Assembly (NCBI GenBank): GCA_036525535.1
Contig: DATDAH010000160.1
Coordinates: forward strand, 1-60,434
Direction of reading: 5' to 3'
DNA: 60,434 bases
Source: Acidimicrobiales bacterium
Lineage (GTDB): Bacteria > Actinomycetota > Acidimicrobiia > Acidimicrobiales > DATDAH01
Part shown: positions 33,557 through 42,184 of the stretch, in pieces
Numbering within the stretch: position 1 is the stretch's first letter
Layout: the number at the start of each line of letters is the position of its first letter
The notes under the pieces: model-generated
The model's database searches: none
Told to the model about the DNA's origin: nothing
What the model saw: the letters and a program-made list of their open reading frames with translations, nothing else
Position numbers and translations under genes: made by a program

Positions 33557-34531
33557 TCAGCGGGCGGGACGGCGCTCGACGGGCCGGCCGAGGACCTCGC
33601 CGTTGCGGATGACCGACACCGGTCCGTCCTCGCTGACCACGATCAGCGTCGCCGTGGGGTCGTCGAAGCTGTAGCGCCGGGCCGACGTGTGGCGCATGCC
33701 CCGATAGCCCTCGACGTCGGATTCGGCCTCGGCGCTGGGGACCAGGCGCACGCCGAGGTGCACCAGGGTGCCTGAGCCGTCGAAGACGGCAGCGCCGTCG
33801 ACGAGGGCCAGGACGTGGCGCAGGGGTCCGAGGTCCTCGGGACGCCCGATCTCGAACGGCGGGGGGGTGGGGAGGCGGAGCTCGTAGTCGGGGGGCGGGG
33901 CGTCGTCGGGCCGGTACACCAGGAGCGCTCCGACACCGGTGGCCCCCAGGTCGTACACGGCGAAGGCCAGCAGCCGGGCCAGGGCTTTCTCGTCTCCGTG
34001 GAACCCGGCCCCCACCAGGGCTCGCACCCAGGGCTTGACCGGAGGCTCGTGGTGCCAGCCCACGCCGTCCCAGCGCAGGACGCCGAACTCCCCGACGAGG
34101 CGCACCGTGCCGGAGGGGTGGCGTTGCACCAGCATCCCCTGGGTCGCCTCCGCCAGGACCACCAGGTCCCGCTCGGATCCGGTGGGCCGGTCGAAGATCA
34201 CGACCTCGACGCGGCCGTCGGCGTGGCGGACCATCCAGCTCGACAGGCCGTCGGCGTAGCGGCGGGCGTCGGTCGTGTCGAACTCGTCCACCCAGCGCCG
34301 CGACACGGTAAGCGCGGTCTGCTCCTGCCAGGCCTGCGGGTCGATGCGGGGCTCGAAGATGGCGCCGAACAACGGGATCCGCTTCTCATGGGTGGGCGGG
34401 CGCAGGGCGTGGTCCAACTCGACCAGAAGGGCCTCGGGCCACTCCCGGCCCTCGCCGAGAAGGCCTTCGTCGTTCAGCTCCTCGGTCAGCCGACGAAGCC
34501 GCCCGGTGCTGGGTCCCGGTTCTGCCGCCAT
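33557..34531 (-). CDS. DAC (DisA_N, diadenylate cyclase) domain protein with an uncharacterised ~190-aa N-terminal region
   Basis: The C-terminal ~130 aa align by eye to CdaA/DisA DAC blocks. These are GVGALLVY (GALIV), LVDGAAVF (HDGA), GMRHTSARRYS (GTRHRAA; third residue Thr, not Arg) and TLIVVSEDGPVSVI (VVVSEETG). Start is ATG 34531. Confidence 0.72.
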   Translation of the reverse strand: MAAEPGPSTGRLRRLTEELNDEGLLGEGREWPEALLVELDHALRPPTHEKRIPLFGAIFEPRIDPQAWQEQTALTVSRRWVDEFDTTDARRYADGLSSWMVRHADGRVEVVIFDRPTGSERDLVVLAEATQGMLVQRHPSGTVRLVGEFGVLRWDGVGWHHEPPVKPWVRALVGAGFHGDEKALARLLAFAVYDLGATGVGALLVYRPDDAPPPDYELRLPTPPPFEIGRPEDLGPLRHVLALVDGAAVFDGSGTLVHLGVRLVPSAEAESDVEGYRGMRHTSARRYSFDDPTATLIVVSEDGPVSVIRNGEVLGRPVERRPAR

Positions 34532-34565
34532 CGGGCGCACCGTACCGGCGGCCCGCCCCCTGCCG

Positions 34566-34613
34566 TTCTGGCCTCCGATCCTCGCGCTGAGAGACGAGGA
34601 TCGGGTGCCAGAA
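34566..34613. repeat. Compound palindrome TTCTGGC-ctcc-GATCCTCG-(10 nt)-CGAGGATC-gggt-GCCAGAA in the DAC/ybaK divergent intergenic region
   Basis: Read directly. It ends 8 nt before the ybaK ATG. Its outer arms, CCGTTCTGGCC/GCCAGAA, match those of the hairpin at 20611-20663. Confidence 0.6.
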
Positions 34614-34620
34614 TCCGGGA

Positions 34621-35112
34621 ATGGCGGGGAAGGCGACACCGGCGGTCACGGCGCTGACGCAGGCCGGGGTGGCGCACACGCTGCACGAGTACGACCACTC
34701 GGGGGGCACCGAGGTGGGCTTCGGGCTGGACGCCGCCCACCAGCTCGGGCTGGACCCGGGCCGGGTCTTCAAGACGCTGATCGTGGAGCTGGACAAGGAC
34801 GCCACCCGCCTCGGGGTCGTGGTGGCCCCGGCCACCGGCGAGGTCGACCTCCGCGCCGCCGCAAGCGCTCTCCGAGCCAAGCGGGCGGCGCTGGCCGCCA
34901 CCACTCGGGCGGAACGGACGACGGGCTACGTGCAGGGGGGCATCAGCCCGTTCGGCCAACGCAAGCGCCTGCCCACCGTGCTGGACGCCTCCGCCGAGAC
35001 CTTCCCGAGCGTTTACGTGAGTGGGGGCCGTCGGGGGCTGGAGATCGAGGTCGCCCCGGCCGACCTGGTCGCCGTCCTGGCCGCGGTCGTCGCCGACGTC
35101 GCCCGCCCCTGA
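34621..35112 (+). CDS. ybaK: Cys-tRNA(Pro)/Cys-tRNA(Cys) deacylase YbaK
   Basis: VFKTLIVELD...GYVQGGISPFGQRKRLPTVLD...VYVSGGRRGLEIEV. Confidence 0.85.
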   Translation: MAGKATPAVTALTQAGVAHTLHEYDHSGGTEVGFGLDAAHQLGLDPGRVFKTLIVELDKDATRLGVVVAPATGEVDLRAAASALRAKRAALAATTRAERTTGYVQGGISPFGQRKRLPTVLDASAETFPSVYVSGGRRGLEIEVAPADLVAVLAAVVADVARP

Positions 35113-35158
35113 GGGGCGGAGACGTCAGATCGGTCGGTGACGGGCCGACGAAACGAGG

Positions 35159-37156
35159 GTGAGGCGCAAGCGCTTTGGGGTCCTCGGCCGGATCGCGGTC
35201 CTGTCCGCCGTACTCTTCATCGCGCTCGGGCTGCTCCTCGGCGCCGCTCTGCACCGCTCGGTCCGGGAGCGAGCCGTCGACAACGCCGTCAACACGGGAA
35301 TGGTCGCCACCGACGTCGGCATCCGCCCGCTCATCCGGCCCGACGACCTCGACCGCGACTTCGCCCCCCTCGAGCCGGAGCGCCTCGATGAGCTCGACGA
35401 GGCGCTGAGCGGTACGCAGTCCGACAGCGGGATCGTCCGGTTCAAGCTGTGGAACCGCCAGCACTGGGTCGTCTACTCCGACGAACAGGACCTGCGCGGA
35501 CGCTGGTTCCCGAGCACGGACCTGCTCGACGAGAGCTTGGAAGGCCGCCTCGGCTCGGAGATCACCGATCTCGATGCCCCCGAGGAACGGGGGGAACAGG
35601 ACCTCGGCGCTCTGCTCGCCGTCTACGTGCCCCTGCGGGACGATGCCTCCGGGGAGGTCATCGGGGCCTTCGAGGTCTACCTGCCCTGGTCCCCCGTCGC
35701 CGCGGCGATCGCCGAGGACACTCGGGACCTGGACCTGGCCCTCGGTGCCGGCCTGCTCGTCCTCTACGCCGCGCTGTACCGCCTCGTCGCCTCGGCCACC
35801 CGCCGACTGCAGCGCCAGACCGAGGAGAACCTGCGCCAAGCCACCCACGACGGCCTGACCGGCCTGCCCAACCGGGACCTCTTCACCGACCGCCTCGAGA
35901 ACGCCCTGGCGATCGCCGGGCGGCAGGGCACCGGCCTCGCGGTCGTCCTCCTCGACCTCGACCGGTTCAAGGAGATCAATGACGCCCTGGGCCACGCCTC
36001 GGGTGACGACATCCTGTGTGAGCTGGCGCAGCGATTGCAGCAGCGCCTGCGGGCGGGCGACACCGTGGCCCGGCTCGGCGGGGACGAGTTCGGGCTCCTC
36101 CTGCCCACCGTGGCCACCGACGCCGACGCGGTGGCCGTAGCCGCCGACCTGCAGGACCTGATGGACGAGCCCTTCATGGTCAACGGGATGGCGGTCCACC
36201 TGGCCGCCAGCTTCGGTGTGGCCTGCTATCCGGACCACGGCCTCGACGCCGGTGAGCTCGTGCGCCACGCCGACGTGGCCAGGTACGCGGCCAAGGCCAC
36301 CAACACGGTGATCGAGGTCTATGGACCCCAGTTCGACCTCCACTGCGCCGAGCGTCTCGAGCTGGCCGCCGAAGTCCGGCGCGCCCTCGACGAGGACGAG
36401 CTCGAGCTCTGGTACCAGCCCAAGATGGACCTGATCGACGGCCACATCGTCGGGGTCGAGGCCCTCCTGCGCTGGAGCCACCCCACCCGCGGGATCGTCG
36501 CCCCGGGGCTCTTCATGCCCGTCGTGGAGACCACCGAACTGGTCCGCAGTGTGACGGCGTTCGTCCTGCAGGAGGCCGTAGCCCAGTGTGCCCGCTGGAA
36601 GCTCGACGGTCGGGACCTGATCGTCGCCGTCAACCTCCCCGCCCGCATCGCCCACGACCTGCGCCTGCCCGGTCAGGTGGCCGACCTCCTGGCCCGCCAC
36701 CACCTCCCCGCCTCCGCCCTGGAGTGCGAGCTCACCGAGAGCGCCGTGCTCGACCACCCGGGTCGGGCCGGACAGGTCCTGAGCGAGCTCGATCGCCTCG
36801 GCGTCCACCTGTCGATCGACGACTTCGGCACCGGGTACGCCTCAGTGGCCTACCTCACCGACCTGCCCATCCACGCGCTCAAGATCGACCAGTCCTTCGT
36901 GCAGGACGTGCTCGACGACGGGGACGGGGCCGCCATCGTGCGGTTCAGCACCGACCTGGCCCGGAGGCTCGGCCTGCAGGTGGTCGCCGAGGGGGTCGAG
37001 ACCCGCGAGGTCCTGGCCGCGGTCGCCGACCTGGGTTGCGACATGGCCCAGGGCTTCCTGCTGACCAAGCCGATCCCGGCCGCCGGTCTCGAGGCCTGGC
37101 TGGACGATTTCGACCCGCAGACCCTGACCCTTCCCCACCAGGCGGCCCGGCCGTGA
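35159..37156 (+). CDS. Membrane-anchored GGDEF-EAL protein (c-di-GMP cyclase/phosphodiesterase)
   Basis: N-terminal TM segment. RAGD-5aa-GGDEF (I-site plus active motif). EAL domain with YQPK, VEALLRW, AVNL, ELTES, DDFGTGYAS, KIDQSF, EGVET and QGF. Confidence 0.9.
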   Translation: MRRKRFGVLGRIAVLSAVLFIALGLLLGAALHRSVRERAVDNAVNTGMVATDVGIRPLIRPDDLDRDFAPLEPERLDELDEALSGTQSDSGIVRFKLWNRQHWVVYSDEQDLRGRWFPSTDLLDESLEGRLGSEITDLDAPEERGEQDLGALLAVYVPLRDDASGEVIGAFEVYLPWSPVAAAIAEDTRDLDLALGAGLLVLYAALYRLVASATRRLQRQTEENLRQATHDGLTGLPNRDLFTDRLENALAIAGRQGTGLAVVLLDLDRFKEINDALGHASGDDILCELAQRLQQRLRAGDTVARLGGDEFGLLLPTVATDADAVAVAADLQDLMDEPFMVNGMAVHLAASFGVACYPDHGLDAGELVRHADVARYAAKATNTVIEVYGPQFDLHCAERLELAAEVRRALDEDELELWYQPKMDLIDGHIVGVEALLRWSHPTRGIVAPGLFMPVVETTELVRSVTAFVLQEAVAQCARWKLDGRDLIVAVNLPARIAHDLRLPGQVADLLARHHLPASALECELTESAVLDHPGRAGQVLSELDRLGVHLSIDDFGTGYASVAYLTDLPIHALKIDQSFVQDVLDDGDGAAIVRFSTDLARRLGLQVVAEGVETREVLAAVADLGCDMAQGFLLTKPIPAAGLEAWLDDFDPQTLTLPHQAARP

Positions 37157-38226
37157 GCCGGCCCACCTCGTTCAGGTCGGCGCTGGCCCCGCTCGGCGCG
37201 GCGGCCGTCGCCGGCCTGCTCTCGACCAGCTGTGGCTCCGAAGCGCCGGCCGCCGCCGAGAGCCCGGATCCCGTCTTCGCTCTCGACCGCGACATCACCG
37301 CCGACATCGAGGTGCCGGATCCGGACCGGACGGCCGTGGCGCCCGCCCCCGATCTGCGCATCCTGCTGCAGACCCTCCTGGCCGAGCATTCGGAGCTGGC
37401 CATCCAGACCATGCGCGCCGTCATCGACGCGACGCCGGACCTCGACGCCCTGCTCGAGGCCATCACGGTCAACACCGACGCCCTGACCGAGGCCATCGGC
37501 CTGGTCTACGGACCTTCGGTGGCCCGGGCCTTCGACCAGCTCTGGACCCAGCACATCGAGTTCTTCGCCGCGTACGCCGGTGCGCTCGGGGACGGCGACG
37601 ACGACGCGGCGGCCGAAGCGCGCGACCAGCTCGAGGACTACGCGCTCGACTTCTCTTCCTTCTGCTCAACCGCAACCGGTGGCGCGGCGCCGGTGGCGTT
37701 GGTGGAGGGCCTGCTCCATGACCACGTCCGCCAACTGCTGGGCCAGGCCGACGAGTGGGCCGGCGGCGACCGGGGCGCGGCGTACGCCAGCCAGGCTGAG
37801 GCTCACGCGCACGCCGCGGCCATGGCCGCGGTACTGGCCGGAGCGATCAGCGCCCAGCAACCCGACGCCTTCCCCGGCGATTCCGCCTCCGACCTGATCG
37901 AGGCGCTGGCCGAGCGTCGCACCGTCGTCACCGCCTACGCCATCGGGCAGATGGCCGTGGCCAAGGCCGAGATCCTGGACGTCGGCGACGTCTCCCAGGC
38001 CCAGGCCCTGGCCGAGGACACCACCGAGGCGATGACCACCCTCGCCCCTGCGCCCGACCCCGACGCTCTCGCCCACCTGGTGGCCGAGTACCGCGCTGCC
38101 CTCGAAAACCGCGACTTCACCGCCGTCGAGGCCGCCCGTGTCGAGCTCGACACGCTGGCCCACGAGCTCGCCGTCGGCCGACCCCTCCAGGGTCAGTTGG
38201 GGCGGAGGCTGGTGGCCGGGATCTGA
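37153..38226 (+). CDS. Hypothetical lipoprotein, Ala/Asp-rich helical, translationally coupled to the GGDEF-EAL gene
   Basis: GTG 37153 overlaps the upstream TGA (GTGA). Signal plus LLSTSC lipobox-like motif. No family recognised. The 3' end overlaps the convergent pirin gene by 34 nt. Confidence 0.6.
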   Translation: MSRPTSFRSALAPLGAAAVAGLLSTSCGSEAPAAAESPDPVFALDRDITADIEVPDPDRTAVAPAPDLRILLQTLLAEHSELAIQTMRAVIDATPDLDALLEAITVNTDALTEAIGLVYGPSVARAFDQLWTQHIEFFAAYAGALGDGDDDAAAEARDQLEDYALDFSSFCSTATGGAAPVALVEGLLHDHVRQLLGQADEWAGGDRGAAYASQAEAHAHAAAMAAVLAGAISAQQPDAFPGDSASDLIEALAERRTVVTAYAIGQMAVAKAEILDVGDVSQAQALAEDTTEAMTTLAPAPDPDALAHLVAEYRAALENRDFTAVEAARVELDTLAHELAVGRPLQGQLGRRLVAGI

Positions 38227-39158
38227 CCCATGCGGCCGGCATTGAAGTCCTCGACGGCCTGGCGCAGCTCATCCCGCGTGTTCATCAGGAACGGGCCGTA
38301 GTGGGCGATGGGCTCGCCGATCGGCAGTCCCCCCAGGAGGAGGACCTCGAGATCGGGTGACGCTTCGGGCTGATCGTCGGCGGCGCCGATGATCAGCGTG
38401 TCGCCGGGGCCGAAGAGCACGAGCTGGTGCTCGTCGACGGGTCGGCGCTCGTCACCGGCGTGGCCCCGACCGGTGAGCACGTAGGCCATGGCGCTGAAGG
38501 CGGGGTTCCAGGGCACGGTGACCTGCGCCCCGGGCCGAACGCTGGCATGGGCGTAGGTGATGGGCGTGTGCGTCGCCCCGGGACCGGCGTGCCCGTCGAG
38601 GTCCCCCGCGATCAGGCGGATGAGAGCCCCACCGTCGGCCGAGGAGAGCAGCGTCAGGTCGTGGCTGGTTATGGCTTGGTAGCGGGGGTCGCTCATCTTG
38701 AGGGCGGCCGGCAGGTTGACCCAGAGCTGGACGCCGTGGGAGCGGCCACCGTTGCGCGTGAAGATCTCCGTCGGGACCTCGTCGTGCAGGATCCCGGCGC
38801 CGGCCGTCATCCACTGGGTGTCACCTTCACCGATGATCCCGCCCCCACCGTTGGAGTCGTGGTGCTCGACGACCCCGTCGATCACGTAGGTGACGGTCTC
38901 GAAGCCCCGGTGCGGGTGCCACGGGGCGCCGACCGGCTCGTTGGGGGCGTAGTCGACCGGCCCGAGCTGGTCGAGCAGGAAGAAGGGGTCGGCCACGTGG
39001 GCGTCGACGTTGCCCGGGAACGGTCGCCAGACCTCGAAGCCGGCGCCCTCCACCGCGTGGTGGGCGGGCACGACTTTGTCGACGGGTCGGGCGTGGGCCT
39101 CGGGGTCAGGGGTGACCCGCGGGAGGACCAGGGGGTTCTCGACGGTGACAGCCGGCAT
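38193..39158 (-). CDS. Pirin family protein
   Basis: ATG 39158 follows GAGGAG. GAPWHPHRGFETVTYVIDG and GDTQWMTAGAGILHDE. Confidence 0.9.
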   Translation of the reverse strand: MPAVTVENPLVLPRVTPDPEAHARPVDKVVPAHHAVEGAGFEVWRPFPGNVDAHVADPFFLLDQLGPVDYAPNEPVGAPWHPHRGFETVTYVIDGVVEHHDSNGGGGIIGEGDTQWMTAGAGILHDEVPTEIFTRNGGRSHGVQLWVNLPAALKMSDPRYQAITSHDLTLLSSADGGALIRLIAGDLDGHAGPGATHTPITYAHASVRPGAQVTVPWNPAFSAMAYVLTGRGHAGDERRPVDEHQLVLFGPGDTLIIGAADDQPEASPDLEVLLLGGLPIGEPIAHYGPFLMNTRDELRQAVEDFNAGRMGQIPATSLRPN

Positions 39159-39233
39159 TCGACGCTCCTCAGATTGTTGCTTACGCAAGCATCAACCACC
39201 GACCGGCCGTGCGTATGCCCGCCGGCGGATGAC

Positions 39234-40268
39234 CTAGTTCGCAGCCAGGATGTCGACGACGAAGACCAGGGTGTCGGTGCCGGCGATGCCGGCGTCGGGG
39301 TTGCCGTCGGGGCCGTAGCCCTTGTCCGGCGGGATCACGAGCAGCATCTGGGACCCGACGGTCTGGCCGACCAGGCCCTCGTCCCACCCGACGATGACGC
39401 CACCCACGCCGATCGGGAACTCGGACGGCTCGCCCCGGTCCCAGGACGAGTCGAACTGCTCGCCGCTGGCCCAGATGACGCCGGTGTAGTGGGCCGTGAT
39501 GGTCTGGCCGGACTCGACCTCGGGGCCGTCGCCCTCGATGAGGACCTGGGTCACCTGCTCGGTCGGGGGATCGCCGTCGGGGATCGTGATCGTGGGCTTG
39601 CCGGTGTCATCCAGCTCCACCGTGGGGAGGCCCTCGTCCGGCTCGACAGCGGTGCCCTCGGCCCGCGCCAGTGGTGGCTCCGGTGTGGTGGCGTCCAGGA
39701 CGTCGACCACGAAGATGATCGTGTCGTCGGCCTCGATGCCGGCGTCGGGGATGCCACCCTGCGCCTGGAAGGCGTCCTGGGGGGCGATGGCGATGAGCAC
39801 CCGACTGCCGACGGGGACGTCGAGCAACCCCCGCACCAAGCCAGGGATGATCTGGGTCTCGTCCATGACGATGTTGGGCGGCCCGCCACCCTCGCCGCTG
39901 TTCTCATAGGAGTTGTCGAACTCGGTGCCGTCCCGGCCGTTGACGGCCACGTTCTGGAAGTCGACGGACTGGCCGGCCTCGACCGGGTCACCGTCGCCCT
40001 CCTCGAGGATGCGGCGGTAGGTCGTCTCGGTGCTGAAGGGCGCGTCGACCTCGACCGTGGCGGACTCGGCGTAGGTGCCGCCGACCGTGATGGCGTCGAG
40101 GGAAGGATCGTCCTCGGCGGGCTCGCCCACGGTGGCATCAGGGACGCCCGCGGCTTCGGCGTCCTCGCCGTCGGCCTGGAGCGGCTCATCGCCGGAGTCG
40201 TCGCCACAGGCCACAGCGAGCAGCAACAACGGCAGCAGGAGACAGGCGAGCAGGCGGAAGCGGCGCAC
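39234..40268 (-). CDS. FKBP-type peptidyl-prolyl isomerase lipoprotein (two FKBP domains)
   Basis: LLLLAVAC lipobox. Two FKBP_C-like blocks ending ...TIIFVVDVLDA and ...TLVFVVDILAA. Confidence 0.88.
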   Translation of the reverse strand: MRRFRLLACLLLPLLLLAVACGDDSGDEPLQADGEDAEAAGVPDATVGEPAEDDPSLDAITVGGTYAESATVEVDAPFSTETTYRRILEEGDGDPVEAGQSVDFQNVAVNGRDGTEFDNSYENSGEGGGPPNIVMDETQIIPGLVRGLLDVPVGSRVLIAIAPQDAFQAQGGIPDAGIEADDTIIFVVDVLDATTPEPPLARAEGTAVEPDEGLPTVELDDTGKPTITIPDGDPPTEQVTQVLIEGDGPEVESGQTITAHYTGVIWASGEQFDSSWDRGEPSEFPIGVGGVIVGWDEGLVGQTVGSQMLLVIPPDKGYGPDGNPDAGIAGTDTLVFVVDILAAN

Positions 40269-40495
40269 GGGAACTCTTTCGATCGGTGGGATCCGGGCCG
40301 TCAGGATGCCAGCCCGAGCCGTCAGTCAACGTTCAGGGGCTACCAAGCCACCGTCAGCCGCCGCGCAGACCAGCAGTTCGTGGGCCACGAGCCCGCGGGG
40401 TGGGCGCCCGGGAGTGGCCCGGCGGGAGGGGACTTGGTGCGTCCTCGGGGTGGTGAAAACATCCCGGGACGACCAGACGACTCGCGCTCGGAGGG

Positions 40496-41041
40496 GTGAT
40501 CGGGCCGGTGGCCTTCGTGGGGACGTGGGCCACGCTCGGCACACGGTTCCCCGGGTACGACCCGACCCAGGACGCCATCAGCCGGCTGGCCGCCGACGGG
40601 GCGCCGGACCAGGCCTGGATGACGGCCGGGTTCGTGGCCTTCGGCATCGGCGTGCCCCTGTTCGCCGTCGCCCTGCGCGATGCCCTGCCCGGGCCGGCGT
40701 GGACCACGGCGATGGCCACCGGTCTGGCCACACTTGGCGTGGCCGCGCTGCCCCTCGACGGCTGGGCGGGCGACACGGCCCACGGCGTGGCTGCGGGGAT
40801 CGCGTACGTGACGCTCGCGGCCACTCCCCTCCTGGCCGCCGGGCCGCTGGCCCGCCTCGGCCGGCGCCGGGCGGCGGTGGCGTCCCGGATCCTCGGTGTC
40901 GCCTCCCTCGCGTGCCTCGGGGCCACGACACTGGACGACCGCGCCGGCCTGCTCCAGCGCCTGGGCCTCACCCTCGGCGACATCTGGCTGGTCACCGCCG
41001 CGGTCGGCATCCTGAGAGGCGGGTACGGTCGCCCGGAGTGA
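40496..41041 (+). CDS. DUF998-like membrane protein
   Basis: Four or five TM segments; DAISRLAA...[13 protein letters not shown] 40496 is the only start after the in-frame stop at 40454. Confidence 0.55.
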   Translation: MIGPVAFVGTWATLGTRFPGYDPTQDAISRLAADGAPDQAWMTAGFVAFGIGVPLFAVALRDALPGPAWTTAMATGLATLGVAALPLDGWAGDTAHGVAAGIAYVTLAATPLLAAGPLARLGRRRAAVASRILGVASLACLGATTLDDRAGLLQRLGLTLGDIWLVTAAVGILRGGYGRPE

Positions 41042-41072
41042 CCAATCGAGCCGATCCCGCCTGAGGCAACTC

Positions 41073-41573
41073 GTGGCTCCCGTGCTCCAGCTCGTGGTCG
41101 GCGACATCATCGAGCTCGACGTCGACGCCGTCGTGAATGCCGCGAACTCGTCGCTCCTCGGCGGGGGCGGCGTCGATGGGGCCATCCACGACGCCGCGGG
41201 ACCGGAGCTGCTGGCCGCTTGTCGCCCTCTCGGCGGCTGCCCGACCGGCCAGGCGAAGGTCACGCCCGGCTTCGCCCTTCCTGCCCGGTGGGTCATCCAC
41301 ACCGTCGGCCCGGTGTGGCACGGCGGCGCGCGGGGCGAGCCGGACCTGCTGGCCTCGTGCTACGTCGAGTCCTTGGCCCGGGCCGACGAGGTCGGCGCCC
41401 GGTCCGTTGCCTTCCCGGCCATCTCCACCGGCGTCTACGGCTATCCCGCCGGCCTCGCGGCCCGGATCGCGGTGGACACCGTTCGGGCCACGCCGACCGA
41501 CGTCGAGAGCGTCACCTTCGTCGCCTTCAACGACGACGCCCGCCTGGCCTTCGCCGGCCTGCTCGACGGGTGA
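41073..41573 (+). CDS. Macro domain protein (O-acetyl-ADP-ribose deacetylase / YmdB-MacroD type)
   Basis: [26 protein letters not shown] and [15 protein letters not shown]. Confidence 0.9.
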   Translation: MAPVLQLVVGDIIELDVDAVVNAANSSLLGGGGVDGAIHDAAGPELLAACRPLGGCPTGQAKVTPGFALPARWVIHTVGPVWHGGARGEPDLLASCYVESLARADEVGARSVAFPAISTGVYGYPAGLAARIAVDTVRATPTDVESVTFVAFNDDARLAFAGLLDG

Positions 41574-41640
41574 GCCCGGCGGATCCTCGACTGGCCCACG
41601 AGCGGTAGGAACCAACGATTCGCCCTGCCAGCATGGCGAG

Positions 41641-42174
41641 GTGAGCTCGCCGGTGGGATCGACCGAACGCCTGGCCGTCCACCTCCCGGCGGAGGCCGAC
41701 GGGCCCGAGGTCATCGAGGCCGCTCTGGCCAGCAAGGATCTCCACCACCCGTGGCTGGTCGCGCCCACGACGGACGAGGCCTGGACCACCTTCCTGTTCC
41801 GCATCGTGGAGTCCCGCCACCACGGCTTCCTGCTCCGCTCCCTTGCCGACGGGTCCGTGGTCGGCATCGTCAACGTCAGCGACATCATCCAGGGCAGCTT
41901 CTGGTCGGCCCACCTCAGCTATTACGCCTTCACGGGTCAGGAGGGCCAGGGCCTGATGACCGAGGGCGTCCGCTGGGCCGTCGACCACGCCTTCGACGAG
42001 ATCGGTCTGCACCGCCTCGAGGCCAACATCCAGCCCGGCAACCGGCCATCGCGGCGACTGGCCGAGCGCTGCGGCTTCCTGAAGGAGGGGTTCTCGCCCC
42101 GCTACCTGCACATCGACGGGGACTGGCGGGACCACGAACGCTGGGCCCTCACGAAGGAAGACCGGCCGACGTAG
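41641..42174 (+). CDS. GNAT family N-acetyltransferase (RimJ/RimL-like)
   Basis: GQGLMTEGVRWAVDHAFDEIGLHRLEANIQPGNRPSRRLAERCGFLKEG. The start is GTG 41641 or 41653. Confidence 0.8.
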   Translation: MSSPVGSTERLAVHLPAEADGPEVIEAALASKDLHHPWLVAPTTDEAWTTFLFRIVESRHHGFLLRSLADGSVVGIVNVSDIIQGSFWSAHLSYYAFTGQEGQGLMTEGVRWAVDHAFDEIGLHRLEANIQPGNRPSRRLAERCGFLKEGFSPRYLHIDGDWRDHERWALTKEDRPT

Positions 42175-42184
42175 CCGGCGCCGG

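Noticed and set aside
34943-36808. 621-aa minus-strand ORF, and similar long antisense ORFs (24939-26690, 50158-52293, 54511-56184, 5028-6347, 6239-7642, 3383-4708, 2338-3513)
   Set aside because: Each lies opposite a gene with strong family motifs. They have Arg/Gly/Pro-rich low-complexity translations, which are GC-content artefacts.
38427-40499. 690-aa plus-strand ORF
   Set aside because: It spans the antisense strands of both the pirin and FKBP genes. Shadow ORF without motifs.
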